Shown: piece after piece, positions 1 through 8,554 of the stretch
Position numbering within the stretch: position 1 is the first letter of the stretch
How the letters are laid out: every line of letters starts with the position of its first letter
Assembly: GCA_017535665.1 (NCBI GenBank)
Contig: JAFXTS010000008.1
Span: 7,165-71,164, forward strand
DNA from: Bacteroidales bacterium
Lineage (GTDB): Bacteria > Bacteroidota > Bacteroidia > Bacteroidales > WCHB1-69
Length of the DNA stretch: 64,000 nucleotides
Direction of reading: 5' to 3'
Notes under the pieces: generated by a model
Told to the model about the DNA's origin: nothing
Database searches by the model: none
What the model saw: only the letters and a program-made list of their open reading frames with translations
Position numbers and translations under genes: made by a program

Positions 1-2
1 TA

Positions 3-821
3 GTGATTGAGGAGAAGGCCACCTTGCCGAAGCAGAGTGTGACCACCGACGAGTTGTTCACAGTAACGCATCCCGATGAGAGCGGGGTGGCGACCATCGC
101 GGTGAAAAAGGCCGATGCCCGAGAATTAGGCCCCTCGGTGCATTCCACCAAAACCACCATCCCCTTTGTGAAGAACAACGAGTTCGACTATGCGTGGTTC
201 ACGCGCTGGCTGGGTGATGAAGACGGTCGCTGGTCGTTCCTTTTCTACATTCCCATCATCATCTTCATCATCGCGGCGGTGTCGAACGGAGCCAACCTGA
301 CAGACGGTTTGGACGGTTTGGCCACCGGCACGTCGGCAACGGTAGCGGTGGGATTGGCCATACTGGCTTACGTATCGGGCAATGCCATCTTTGCCAATTA
401 CCTGAACATCATGTACATACCCAATATTGGGGAGCTGGTGATTTTCATCTCCGCGCTGGTGGGAGCCTGTATCGGTTTCTACTGGTGGAACTGTTTTCCG
501 GCGCAGGTCTTCATGGGCGATACCGGCAGTTTGACGTTGGGCGGCATCATCGCGGTGTCGTGTGTCATCATCCGCAAGGAACTGCTCATCCCGCTGCTCT
601 GCGGCGTGTTCCTCATCCAGAGCCTGTCGGTCATCATGCAGGTAAGTTATTTCAAATACACCAAAAAGAAATATGGAGAGGGACGCAGAATCCTGCTCAT
701 GTCGCCTTTACATCATCATTACCAGAAAAAAGGCATGCATGAATCAAAAATCGTTCAACGCTTCATTGTGGTAAGCATTTTATTAGTCGTATTAACATTG
801 GTAACCTTAAAAATCAGATAG
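3..821 (+). CDS. mraY: Phospho-N-acetylmuramoyl-pentapeptide transferase MraY, C-terminal ~272 aa (5' end lies outside the window)
   Basis: Motifs [23 protein letters not shown] and [11 protein letters not shown]. The Bacteroidota-type insertion [13 protein letters not shown] is present. The ORF is open to the window edge. Confidence 0.92.
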   Translation: MIEEKATLPKQSVTTDELFTVTHPDESGVATIAVKKADARELGPSVHSTKTTIPFVKNNEFDYAWFTRWLGDEDGRWSFLFYIPIIIFIIAAVSNGANLTDGLDGLATGTSATVAVGLAILAYVSGNAIFANYLNIMYIPNIGELVIFISALVGACIGFYWWNCFPAQVFMGDTGSLTLGGIIAVSCVIIRKELLIPLLCGVFLIQSLSVIMQVSYFKYTKKKYGEGRRILLMSPLHHHYQKKGMHESKIVQRFIVVSILLVVLTLVTLKIR

Positions 822-823
822 TT

Positions 824-1381
824 ATGAAGAAGAGCAGAAACAGCATCAAGGGAGAATACATTTACGGAACTGGCATTTCCGGAAGCAGCGTACGGGATTT
901 CCAGCAGTTGTTGGAGTTGCGCGAAAGCCAGATGTCTGCACAAAAAGGCTTTTTCGACGGTATTGAGCATCGGATGGAGAATGTGAAGACTTTCCGTGGC
1001 GTGAATTTCATCAACGACGCCGCTTGCGAAAGCGAAAACGGCATCTATATGGCCTTGTCGAACGTGTCGAAGCCAGTGACTTGGATCACCTCTTTCACGG
1101 GCTGGGACCACATTGACGACAAACTCTTGCAGATGATCATCCGCAAAGTGAAGGCGATTGTTTTTTATGGGGAAGAGGATGAAAAGACGCGCAACTTCAT
1201 TGATGTGCTCAACATCCGCAGCGACAACAGCGAAGACATGGAGACGGCCGTACGGATGGCCTTCTATGCCAGTTCGCAGGATGACGTGGTGCTGTACTCC
1301 CCCGGAACCCCCCGCGAAGAGGGTGCTAACACGGTGGCAAAACGCGGCAATGAATTCAAAATGTCAGTAGCACAACTGTAA
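824..1381 (+). CDS. MurD-like protein of 185 aa. It has a Rossmann-like N-terminal stub joined to a degenerate MurD C-terminal domain, with no central ATP-binding domain. Possible decayed gene.
   Basis: It sits in the canonical murD slot between mraY and ftsW. IEHRMENV..GVNFINDA..VLYSPGTP..RGNEFK is colinear with the MurD C-terminal domain (HRLE..FINDSKATN..LLSPACASFD..RG..F). No GxxGKT P-loop is present. Confidence 0.6.
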   Translation: MKKSRNSIKGEYIYGTGISGSSVRDFQQLLELRESQMSAQKGFFDGIEHRMENVKTFRGVNFINDAACESENGIYMALSNVSKPVTWITSFTGWDHIDDKLLQMIIRKVKAIVFYGEEDEKTRNFIDVLNIRSDNSEDMETAVRMAFYASSQDDVVLYSPGTPREEGANTVAKRGNEFKMSVAQL

Positions 1382-1382
1382 T

Positions 1383-2558
1383 ATGGCCCTGAAACCCCTA
1401 CCATCCCTGAAATTCTACCACATCATCTATGTCTGTGTGGCGGTACTGGTGGCGGTCTCCGTCGTCGCCTCGTACAGTCTTACCGGTGAGTTGTGGCAGC
1501 CCATCCTGCAAGGCATCGGCGGGTTCGTGCTGATGATTGTCATATCGAAAATCAACTATCAGAAAATCAATCGTTTCTACCAGATATTTTTCGTATTGGC
1601 ATTGCTGCTGCTATTGCTGACGGTTATCTTTGGCAAGGGTGGTGGTGGACGAAGTCTGTCGCTCGGTTTCATGTCGTTCCAGACCTTCTATCTGGTGACC
1701 ATCCTTTATCTGTTCTATCTCTGCACCAAGTCGGCCTACGAAATGTCGAACGGCATCACCTTAGATGCGAAAAAGTCAGCGGTAAGGCTCACTGTTTTCG
1801 CCATTTTCACAGGCCTGATTGCCATGAGAAATATCTCCACCGCAATGCTGCTGTTCGGTACGGGATTGTTGGTATTGTATGTTTCAGGCATAAAACTGAA
1901 ATACTTGGGGATATTCATGCTGGCCATCATGTTAGCAGGCGGCCTCTATATTGGGGGAAGTGCGCTGAAAGACAAAGGCAAGAGTGAGCAGGTGCAGAGC
2001 GAGGAGACCAAGACCCGTGGTGGCACCGGCTACAACCGTATCAAATACTGGCTGACAGGCGAGAGTGATGTAGAGGGCTATGGTCGCCAGATGACTTTGG
2101 CACGTACTGCAGTAGCCCGCTCAGCGCATTTTCCGCAACCCGGCAAGGGCATCATCAAAGACAAGATGCCAGAAGGAGAGAACGACTTCGTATTCTCGCT
2201 CATCTGTGAAGAGTTATCTGTGGGGGTGGGCATTCTTCTTATAGTCCTCTATTTCATTATCTTTTTCAACATTACCTTTTACATCTCAAGGAAAGCGAAG
2301 GGCAATTTTGTGAAACTATACTCATTGGCGATTGCTTTGCTTATGTTGGGACAGGTGTTCATCCATATTGGCACCAACATCAACCTAATACCTGCTACAG
2401 GGCAGACGCTACCTTTTGTAAGTCGCGGTTCCACAGCTCTTTTCACCACATTTTTCATCTTCGGAACGCTGATCAACATGGGCAAACAAGTATTGATGAA
2501 CGCGGATGCTGACGACACCGAACTGAATATTGAATCACCAATTATCAATCCAAAATAA
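1383..2558 (+). CDS. ftsW: FtsW/RodA/SpoVE (SEDS) family cell-division protein
   Basis: Multi-pass membrane protein. MPEGENDFVFSLICEELS and GQTLPFVSRGSTALF match SEDS motifs but are somewhat divergent. Position follows mraY and murD. Confidence 0.8.
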   Translation: MALKPLPSLKFYHIIYVCVAVLVAVSVVASYSLTGELWQPILQGIGGFVLMIVISKINYQKINRFYQIFFVLALLLLLLTVIFGKGGGGRSLSLGFMSFQTFYLVTILYLFYLCTKSAYEMSNGITLDAKKSAVRLTVFAIFTGLIAMRNISTAMLLFGTGLLVLYVSGIKLKYLGIFMLAIMLAGGLYIGGSALKDKGKSEQVQSEETKTRGGTGYNRIKYWLTGESDVEGYGRQMTLARTAVARSAHFPQPGKGIIKDKMPEGENDFVFSLICEELSVGVGILLIVLYFIIFFNITFYISRKAKGNFVKLYSLAIALLMLGQVFIHIGTNINLIPATGQTLPFVSRGSTALFTTFFIFGTLINMGKQVLMNADADDTELNIESPIINPK

Positions 2559-2565
2559 TATTATT

Positions 2566-3540
2566 ATGAAAAAAGTCTTTACAACCTTATTCGCAGTTTT
2601 AGCCATGACCTTTGCCTTCGCACAGGTCGCAGTACCCAATGGCGGTTTAGAAGAGTGGACCGACACCCACACTCCCGTAGGCTGGAACGCCACGTTCAAC
2701 GCCTCTGTACCCGTAGATTACCTGGGATACACATTGGACGTCATCATCAATTACCAGGCGGCCACCCGCAATGCCACCGCACACTCAGGCAGTTATGCAG
2801 CGCAAATCACCACCCAGGCCGCCAATGCAACGATGGCTGGTCAAACCATCTATTCCATCAACCTGCCCGGCATCATGCACCTTGGCGAATTCAACGTGGA
2901 TGCCATCTCCACCTTGGATGTCGGATCTGTCACGGACCCCTCCAGCATTGACTGGACCCAATATCTGACGGGCGGTATCGCCTGCAACCAAGTGCCCAGC
3001 AAGGTGACCGCATGGGTGGCCTACACCACCACCGAGGACACCCTCACCGCCGGCGTTGTACTCACCCGCTGGAACAATGGTCAGCGCGAGGTAGTGGCTG
3101 AAGGACGTTATGAATACGACCAGGAAATCAGCGACTACATGCAAATTGAAATCCCTGTGACTTACAAGGACGGCATGGAAGGCGTTACCCCTGACACGCT
3201 CAACATCATTTTCGCCAACTCGGGAGGCTCCACCAACGAGAACACCCTGCTGTCAGTTGATGACGTAGAGATTGAGATGGGCGACAACATCTATGAGGTG
3301 AGCAGCCTGCCGCTGTTCAGCGTTCGCCCGAATCCCGCTACCGAAATGGTGATTCTCACCCCCTTCACCGATGAGAGCTACTCAGCCCGCATGTACGACA
3401 CCAACGGCAAGTTAGTGTGGTCGGCCGACAATGTGAATGGCGAAACCCAGCTCAATGTGAGCGAATTCACCAAGGGTGTGTATTTCCTCCAGATGAAGCA
3501 AGGCAGCAACGTGAAGAGCGAGAAGGTGATCGTGAAATAA
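2566..3540 (+). CDS. Secreted protein with a T9SS C-terminal sorting domain
   Basis: Signal peptide MKKVFTTLFAVLAMTFAFAQ. C-terminal RPNPATEMVILTP...GVYFLQMKQG..KVIVK is a typical T9SS CTD. ATG at 2566 chosen over the longer ORF. Confidence 0.75.
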   Translation: MKKVFTTLFAVLAMTFAFAQVAVPNGGLEEWTDTHTPVGWNATFNASVPVDYLGYTLDVIINYQAATRNATAHSGSYAAQITTQAANATMAGQTIYSINLPGIMHLGEFNVDAISTLDVGSVTDPSSIDWTQYLTGGIACNQVPSKVTAWVAYTTTEDTLTAGVVLTRWNNGQREVVAEGRYEYDQEISDYMQIEIPVTYKDGMEGVTPDTLNIIFANSGGSTNENTLLSVDDVEIEMGDNIYEVSSLPLFSVRPNPATEMVILTPFTDESYSARMYDTNGKLVWSADNVNGETQLNVSEFTKGVYFLQMKQGSNVKSEKVIVK

Positions 3541-3547
3541 TTCGGCT

Positions 3548-4498
3548 TTGGAAGCAAACATCACTTTCATACTCGCGCCGCTACACGGCATCACGAACTA
3601 TCATTTCAGAAACTGTCTTCACCGTCATGTCGGAGAAATCGATGTGGCGGTGACGCCTTTTTTGGCGGCGCAGGAGCTGGCGAAGCTGAACGTGCGGAAA
3701 TGGCCCGACATACAGCCCACAAACAACACTGGAATGACCATCATCCCGCAGCTGATGGGCAATGAGCCCCGGCAGATGACCGACACCCTGAAGGCGCTCT
3801 CCACGTTAGGCTACCAGCAGGTGAATTGGAACATCGGCTGTCCGTCGGCGCAGGTGGTTCGCAAACAGCGGGGCTGCGGACTGATGCCGCACGCCGACAA
3901 GGTGGAGGCGGTGGTGGCCGCCGCGAGCCGCGAGGTGCCCGAATGTCACTTCTCGGTGAAAATGCGCACCGGCTGGTCCAACCCCGCTGAGGGACTGGAG
4001 ATTATCGAGCGGCTGAACCCCTACCCTATCGACTTCATCGCCATCCACCCGCGCTTAGGCGTGCAAGAGTACAACGGCACTCCCGACTGGGAACTGTTCG
4101 GAGAGATGTGCGAGAGGACGCGCCACCGCATCGTGTATAGCGGCGACATCGTAGACCTCGACTCTTACCTACGGTTCCGAGCCTGCTTCCCGGATGTCAC
4201 CGACATCATGTTAGGGCGTGGCATTTTGAGAAATATCTTTCTGGCAGAAGAACTCACAGCCGGAGAAACCCTCCCGCTGGAGGTGAAACGCCAGCGGTTC
4301 GCCGACTTTTACCACGATTTAATAGAGACATTGGCGGAAGCCCGCGGACGGCAGCACATCCTGTCGCTGCTGAAAGAGCTGTGGCATTACTTCGCCACAT
4401 TTTACCAACTTTCACCACAAGAATTAACTAACCTGCTACGCATCACCGACATCGATGAGTTCGAGCGGCGAACAATGGAAATCGCCGGGAAGGAGTAA
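3548..4498 (+). CDS. tRNA-dihydrouridine synthase family protein (TTG start in the ORF track)
   Basis: LAPLHGITNYHFR, NIGCPS..VVRKQRGCGLM and IHPR are Dus-family TIM-barrel motifs. Confidence 0.75.
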   Translation: MEANITFILAPLHGITNYHFRNCLHRHVGEIDVAVTPFLAAQELAKLNVRKWPDIQPTNNTGMTIIPQLMGNEPRQMTDTLKALSTLGYQQVNWNIGCPSAQVVRKQRGCGLMPHADKVEAVVAAASREVPECHFSVKMRTGWSNPAEGLEIIERLNPYPIDFIAIHPRLGVQEYNGTPDWELFGEMCERTRHRIVYSGDIVDLDSYLRFRACFPDVTDIMLGRGILRNIFLAEELTAGETLPLEVKRQRFADFYHDLIETLAEARGRQHILSLLKELWHYFATFYQLSPQELTNLLRITDIDEFERRTMEIAGKE

Positions 4499-4505
4499 CT
4501 TGGGG

Positions 4506-4532
4506 ATTCCGCCGGCCTTCGGCCAGCGGAAT
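4506..4532. terminator. GC-rich hairpin between the convergent dus and tgt genes (possible bidirectional terminator; no clear U-tract)
   Basis: ATTCCGCCGGCC-TTC-GGCCAGCGGAAT, a 12-bp stem with one mismatch. Confidence 0.4.
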
Positions 4533-4584
4533 GGTGCGAGTAATTCAATGTAAATAAAAGTGTTACTTGGACTATGGCCCAAAA

Positions 4585-5718
4585 TTACAGACGGGTGGAA
4601 AGCTTCGGCACCATTTGATTCTTCCACTCGGTGAAACAGCCTCCGGCGATTTTCTGGCGGGCAACCGTCACCAATTCGAGATAGAAGTGAAGGTTGTGCA
4701 GCGATCCGATCATCTGGCCAAGAATTTCATTGGCAGTATAGAGGTGACGCAAGAAGGCACGGGTATAGAGGCGGTCGGCGGGCAGGTCGCTGTTGGCATC
4801 CAGTGGCGTAAAATCTTCCTTCCACTTTTCATTACGCATATTCAAAATGCCATCCCAAGTAAAGACCATGCCGTGACGGCCAGCACGCGAAGGCATCACA
4901 CAGTCGAACATATCCACACCGAGAGCAATGTTTTCGAGGATGTTAACCGGTGTGCCAACGCCCATGAGGTAGCGGGGCTTGTCGGCGGGGAGCTGACGGC
5001 AGCAATGGTCGGCCATCTCGTACATCATTTCAGTAGGCTCGCCTACGGCAATGCCACCGATGGCGATGCCGTCGCTATCGTACTTGACAATTTCCTCCAT
5101 GGAGCGGCTGCGGAGGTCCTTGAAGACGCTACCCTGCACGATGGGAAACAGCGACTGATAGTGACCGTATTTGGGTTCGGTCTGTTTGTAGTGCTTCCAA
5201 CAGCGATCAAGCCAGCCGAGGGTGATGTCGAGCGACTTACGGGCATACTCATAGTCGCACGGATAGGGCGGGCATTCATCAAATGCCATCATAATATCGG
5301 AGCCTATAGAGCGCTGTATGTCAATTACTTTCTCGGGACTAAAAAGGTGGCGGGAGCCGTCGATATGCGACTGGAACCAAACGCCCTCTTCGGGTTTGAT
5401 TTTACGACATTTGCTAAGGGAGAACACCTGGAAGCCGCCACTGTCGGTGAGGATGGGGCGGTCCCAGCCATTGAAACGATGGAGCCCGCCGGCGGCCTCG
5501 ATGACCTCCATACCGGGGCGCAAATAGAGGTGGTAAGTGTTACCGAGAATAATTTGGGCCTTCACACCATCGCGTAAATCATTGGTATGCACAGCTTTGA
5601 TAGCCCCCAAGGTACCCACCGGCATAAAGATAGGAGTTTGAATGGTGCCATGATCTGTGGTGATGACACCCGCACGCGCCGAGCTATGGGCATCCTTGTA
5701 TTCAATTGTAAACTGCAT
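4585..5718 (-). CDS. tgt: Queuine tRNA-ribosyltransferase
   Basis: TDHGTIQTPIFMPVGT, LGNTYHL, TDSGGFQV and MFDCVMPSR. ATG at 5718 (MQFTIEY). Confidence 0.93.
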   Translation of the reverse strand: MQFTIEYKDAHSSARAGVITTDHGTIQTPIFMPVGTLGAIKAVHTNDLRDGVKAQIILGNTYHLYLRPGMEVIEAAGGLHRFNGWDRPILTDSGGFQVFSLSKCRKIKPEEGVWFQSHIDGSRHLFSPEKVIDIQRSIGSDIMMAFDECPPYPCDYEYARKSLDITLGWLDRCWKHYKQTEPKYGHYQSLFPIVQGSVFKDLRSRSMEEIVKYDSDGIAIGGIAVGEPTEMMYEMADHCCRQLPADKPRYLMGVGTPVNILENIALGVDMFDCVMPSRAGRHGMVFTWDGILNMRNEKWKEDFTPLDANSDLPADRLYTRAFLRHLYTANEILGQMIGSLHNLHFYLELVTVARQKIAGGCFTEWKNQMVPKLSTRL

Positions 5719-5780
5719 TCTGTTAATAATTTTCGGCAAAAATAAACTAAATCTTGCAAACTTTCCAATACATTTGCAAA

Positions 5781-6947
5781 ATGTTATTAACCATCTCCAT
5801 GTTCCTGGAATCTCTACCTCTATACGTCATTATCTGCCTGATTATCTTAGGTTTTGTAATAGTCTGTCTGTTACTCTACTATCTTGCTTTTTACGGTCGT
5901 TTTGTATTTCGTAAAGAGAAGAAGCACATTTTGTCGGAGGAATACCCGCCCATCTCCATCATCATCGTGGCGCACGACGAGGCGCACCATCTCATCAAGT
6001 CGTTGCCGGAGCTGCTGACGCAGGACTATCCGAACTACGAGGTGGTGCTGGTGAACGACAACTCGACGGATGAGACGCCGCAGTTGGCCATTGAGATGAA
6101 GAACAAGTACCACAACCTGCATTATGTGAACATGACCTCCTCGGTTTCGACAATGGAAGGCAAGAAATTCCCGATGGCCATTGGCATCCAGGCGGCAAAA
6201 TACGACCTGGTGCTGATGACGGGAGCGAGTTGCATGCCGTCGAGTCCCTACTGGCTGCGCCAAGTGGCCGGGCGGTTTGTGCGCAAAACTCGCGTGGTGT
6301 TAGGGCACGCCTCTTACGGACGGAAACCCGGTCTGTTCAACAAACTGCTGCACTACGACTCGTTAGAGACCTCCGTCATCGCCTTTTCGTACACCATCAG
6401 CGGAATGCCGGTGATGGCCGATGGACATAATCTGGCCTATCACAAAGGTATTTTCTTCAAAAACAAAGAGTTATACTTCCGCCATGCGCAACTGCCCTTC
6501 GGCGAAGACTGCATCTTCATCAACGAGGCCGTACATCACGATGCATGCAACGTGGTGGCCTCGCCCGAAGCCGTCATGGAACAATACCCCATCGATTTCT
6601 CCAAATGGATGCAAATCAAGCAGTTCGCCATCATCAGCCGCAGCTTCTACAAAGTCATCCCTCGTTTCTTGCTGAAGAGTTACAACTGGCTCTGTTTCCT
6701 GTTTCATGCCGCCGCCATCGCCTGCATCTGCCTGACCATTCTTCAACACAACTGGATCATGTTGGGCATTGTGAGCGGTGCTATCTTGTTGAAAATAGGG
6801 ATGCAGTACCTTGTTTTCGCCAAGGGCGCAGGCAAGTTGGGAGAGAAATCTCTTGTGCCGGGCATCTTTTTCTATGAAATCATCCTCACGCTATTGAGGC
6901 CATGGATTTATTTGGGTTCGAAATTTGAAAAATCAAAATGGAAATAA
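5781..6947 (+). CDS. Glycosyltransferase family 2, membrane-associated
   Basis: ISIIIVAHDEAHHL...YEVVLVNDNSTDET is a GT2 DxD-type N-terminal domain. C-terminal TM helices follow. First ATG at 5781. Confidence 0.75.
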   Translation: MLLTISMFLESLPLYVIICLIILGFVIVCLLLYYLAFYGRFVFRKEKKHILSEEYPPISIIIVAHDEAHHLIKSLPELLTQDYPNYEVVLVNDNSTDETPQLAIEMKNKYHNLHYVNMTSSVSTMEGKKFPMAIGIQAAKYDLVLMTGASCMPSSPYWLRQVAGRFVRKTRVVLGHASYGRKPGLFNKLLHYDSLETSVIAFSYTISGMPVMADGHNLAYHKGIFFKNKELYFRHAQLPFGEDCIFINEAVHHDACNVVASPEAVMEQYPIDFSKWMQIKQFAIISRSFYKVIPRFLLKSYNWLCFLFHAAAIACICLTILQHNWIMLGIVSGAILLKIGMQYLVFAKGAGKLGEKSLVPGIFFYEIILTLLRPWIYLGSKFEKSKWK

Positions 6948-7534
6948 CAAACTGCACCACCGACAAGGCGAAACGCGACGCGCTACTAGTGAAAGACGCC
7001 CTCGAAAACGGCAGTCAGAAGGCCTACTCCGACCTGATGCGCTACTACCGCGACCCGCTCTATTTCACCCTGTTGAAGATGATGAAGAATCCTTATGATG
7101 CGGAAGACCTCACCATCGAGGCATTCGGCAAGGCGTTCAAAAACTTGGAGAAATACACCACCGATTATGCCTTCTCGACGTGGCTTTTCAAGATTGCCAT
7201 CAACAACTGCATCGACTACATGCGCCGCAAGAACACCTCACCGCAGTGTGTGGACGAGGACTTCTGTCTGTTTGAAAACAGCTGCGAAGGCACGCCCATG
7301 CAGTCGCAGGAGGAGACTGTGATGCAGAAGGAGCGCGCCGAGATGATGCGCTGGGCCGTGGCACAACTCCGTCCTAAATATCGCACCCTCATTGAGTTAC
7401 GTTATTTCCAAGAACTTTCCTACGAAGAGATTTCCCAAGAGCTGAACATCAGCATGAACAACGTGAAAATTCAGCTTTTCAGAGCCAAGTACATGCTGGG
7501 GGCCATCATGGAAAAAATGAAGTACGCGATATGA
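6938..7534 (+). CDS. RNA polymerase sigma-70 family (ECF-type) factor
   Basis: Region 2 (DAEDLTIEAFGKAFKNL..FSTWLFKIAINNCIDYMRRK) and region 4 (LRYFQELSYEEISQELNISMNNVKIQLFRAK). Overlaps the upstream GT2 gene by 10 nt. Confidence 0.85.
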   Translation: MEITNCTTDKAKRDALLVKDALENGSQKAYSDLMRYYRDPLYFTLLKMMKNPYDAEDLTIEAFGKAFKNLEKYTTDYAFSTWLFKIAINNCIDYMRRKNTSPQCVDEDFCLFENSCEGTPMQSQEETVMQKERAEMMRWAVAQLRPKYRTLIELRYFQELSYEEISQELNISMNNVKIQLFRAKYMLGAIMEKMKYAI

Positions 7535-8478
7535 TTTACCCGTGGGGCGACACGCGCCGCTTCAACTCATACAAACGATTTTTACAACAGCAATTCGGCA
7601 CCCGTGTGCAGAAATTGACCCTTGACGCTGGTTTCACCTGTCCCAACCGCGACGGCACGGTGGGCACAGGCGGCTGCACCTACTGTCTGAACGACGCCTT
7701 CAACCCTTCGTACTGCACCCCCAACAAGAGCGTGGAGCAGCAGTTAGCCGAGGGCATGGAGTTTCACCACAACCGTTACCGCCGTGCTGGTGCGTACCTT
7801 GCTTATTTCCAAGCCTTTTCCAACACCCACGCTCCCCTGCCCCAGCTGAAAGAAATCTACCGGCCGGCGCTACAGAACCCGCTGGTGAAAGGCATCGTGG
7901 TGGGCACCCGTCCCGACTGTATCGACGCTGAAAAACTGGACTACTTCGCTGAACTTCAGCAGCGGATGTTCGTCTCCATCGAGTACGGGGTGGAGAGCTG
8001 CAACGACACCACACTGCGCCGTATCAACCGCGGGCACGACTTCGCCACGGCGGAACGCGCCATCCGGATGACAGCCGAAAGAGGCATCCATTGTGCGGCG
8101 CACTTCATTTACGGACTGCCTGGAGAAACGCCCGACGAATGGATGAAGGAGGTCGGCATCATCAACCAGCTGCCCATCAACGGCATCAAATTCCATCAAC
8201 TACAAATTATTAAAGGCACCAAAATGCAACAGGAGTTCATAGAATATCCTGCTGATTTTCATATTTTTACTACAGAAAATTATATTGATTTCATCGTAAA
8301 AATCACCGAACGGCTCAACCCTGCCTTCACCATAGAACGCTTTGCCGGAGAGGTGCCGCCGCGGTATCTGTTTGTCAACCTCTGGGGGCTGACGCGCTAC
8401 GATGTCATTCTGCAAAAAATCGAAAAAAGAATGGAAGAGTGCGACACTTGGCAGGGAAAGGTGAGCGTGCAGAGCTAA
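7531..8478 (+). CDS. TIGR01212-type radical SAM protein
   Basis: GFTCPNRDGTVGTGGCTYC cysteine cluster with the typical family layout. ATGA start/stop overlap with the sigma gene. Confidence 0.8.
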   Translation: MIYPWGDTRRFNSYKRFLQQQFGTRVQKLTLDAGFTCPNRDGTVGTGGCTYCLNDAFNPSYCTPNKSVEQQLAEGMEFHHNRYRRAGAYLAYFQAFSNTHAPLPQLKEIYRPALQNPLVKGIVVGTRPDCIDAEKLDYFAELQQRMFVSIEYGVESCNDTTLRRINRGHDFATAERAIRMTAERGIHCAAHFIYGLPGETPDEWMKEVGIINQLPINGIKFHQLQIIKGTKMQQEFIEYPADFHIFTTENYIDFIVKITERLNPAFTIERFAGEVPPRYLFVNLWGLTRYDVILQKIEKRMEECDTWQGKVSVQS

Positions 8479-8524
8479 ATTCAATATTTTTGTAAAATCA
8501 TCCACTTCTCTCAATTAAAAATTG

Positions 8525-8532
8525 TATTTTTG
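8525..8532 (+). promoter_or_regulatory. -7 box TATTTTTG upstream of the YD-like lipoprotein gene (a second copy is at 8485-8492)
   Basis: Exact TAnnTTTG match 22 nt before the ATG at 8555. Confidence 0.4.
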
Positions 8533-8554
8533 TCCCCGTTTTCAGAGAAGCATC

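Noticed and set aside
5769-5776. TACATTTG -7-box match upstream of the GT2 gene
   Set aside because: It lies only 4 nt before the preferred ATG (5781), too close to serve that start. It was not called as a promoter.
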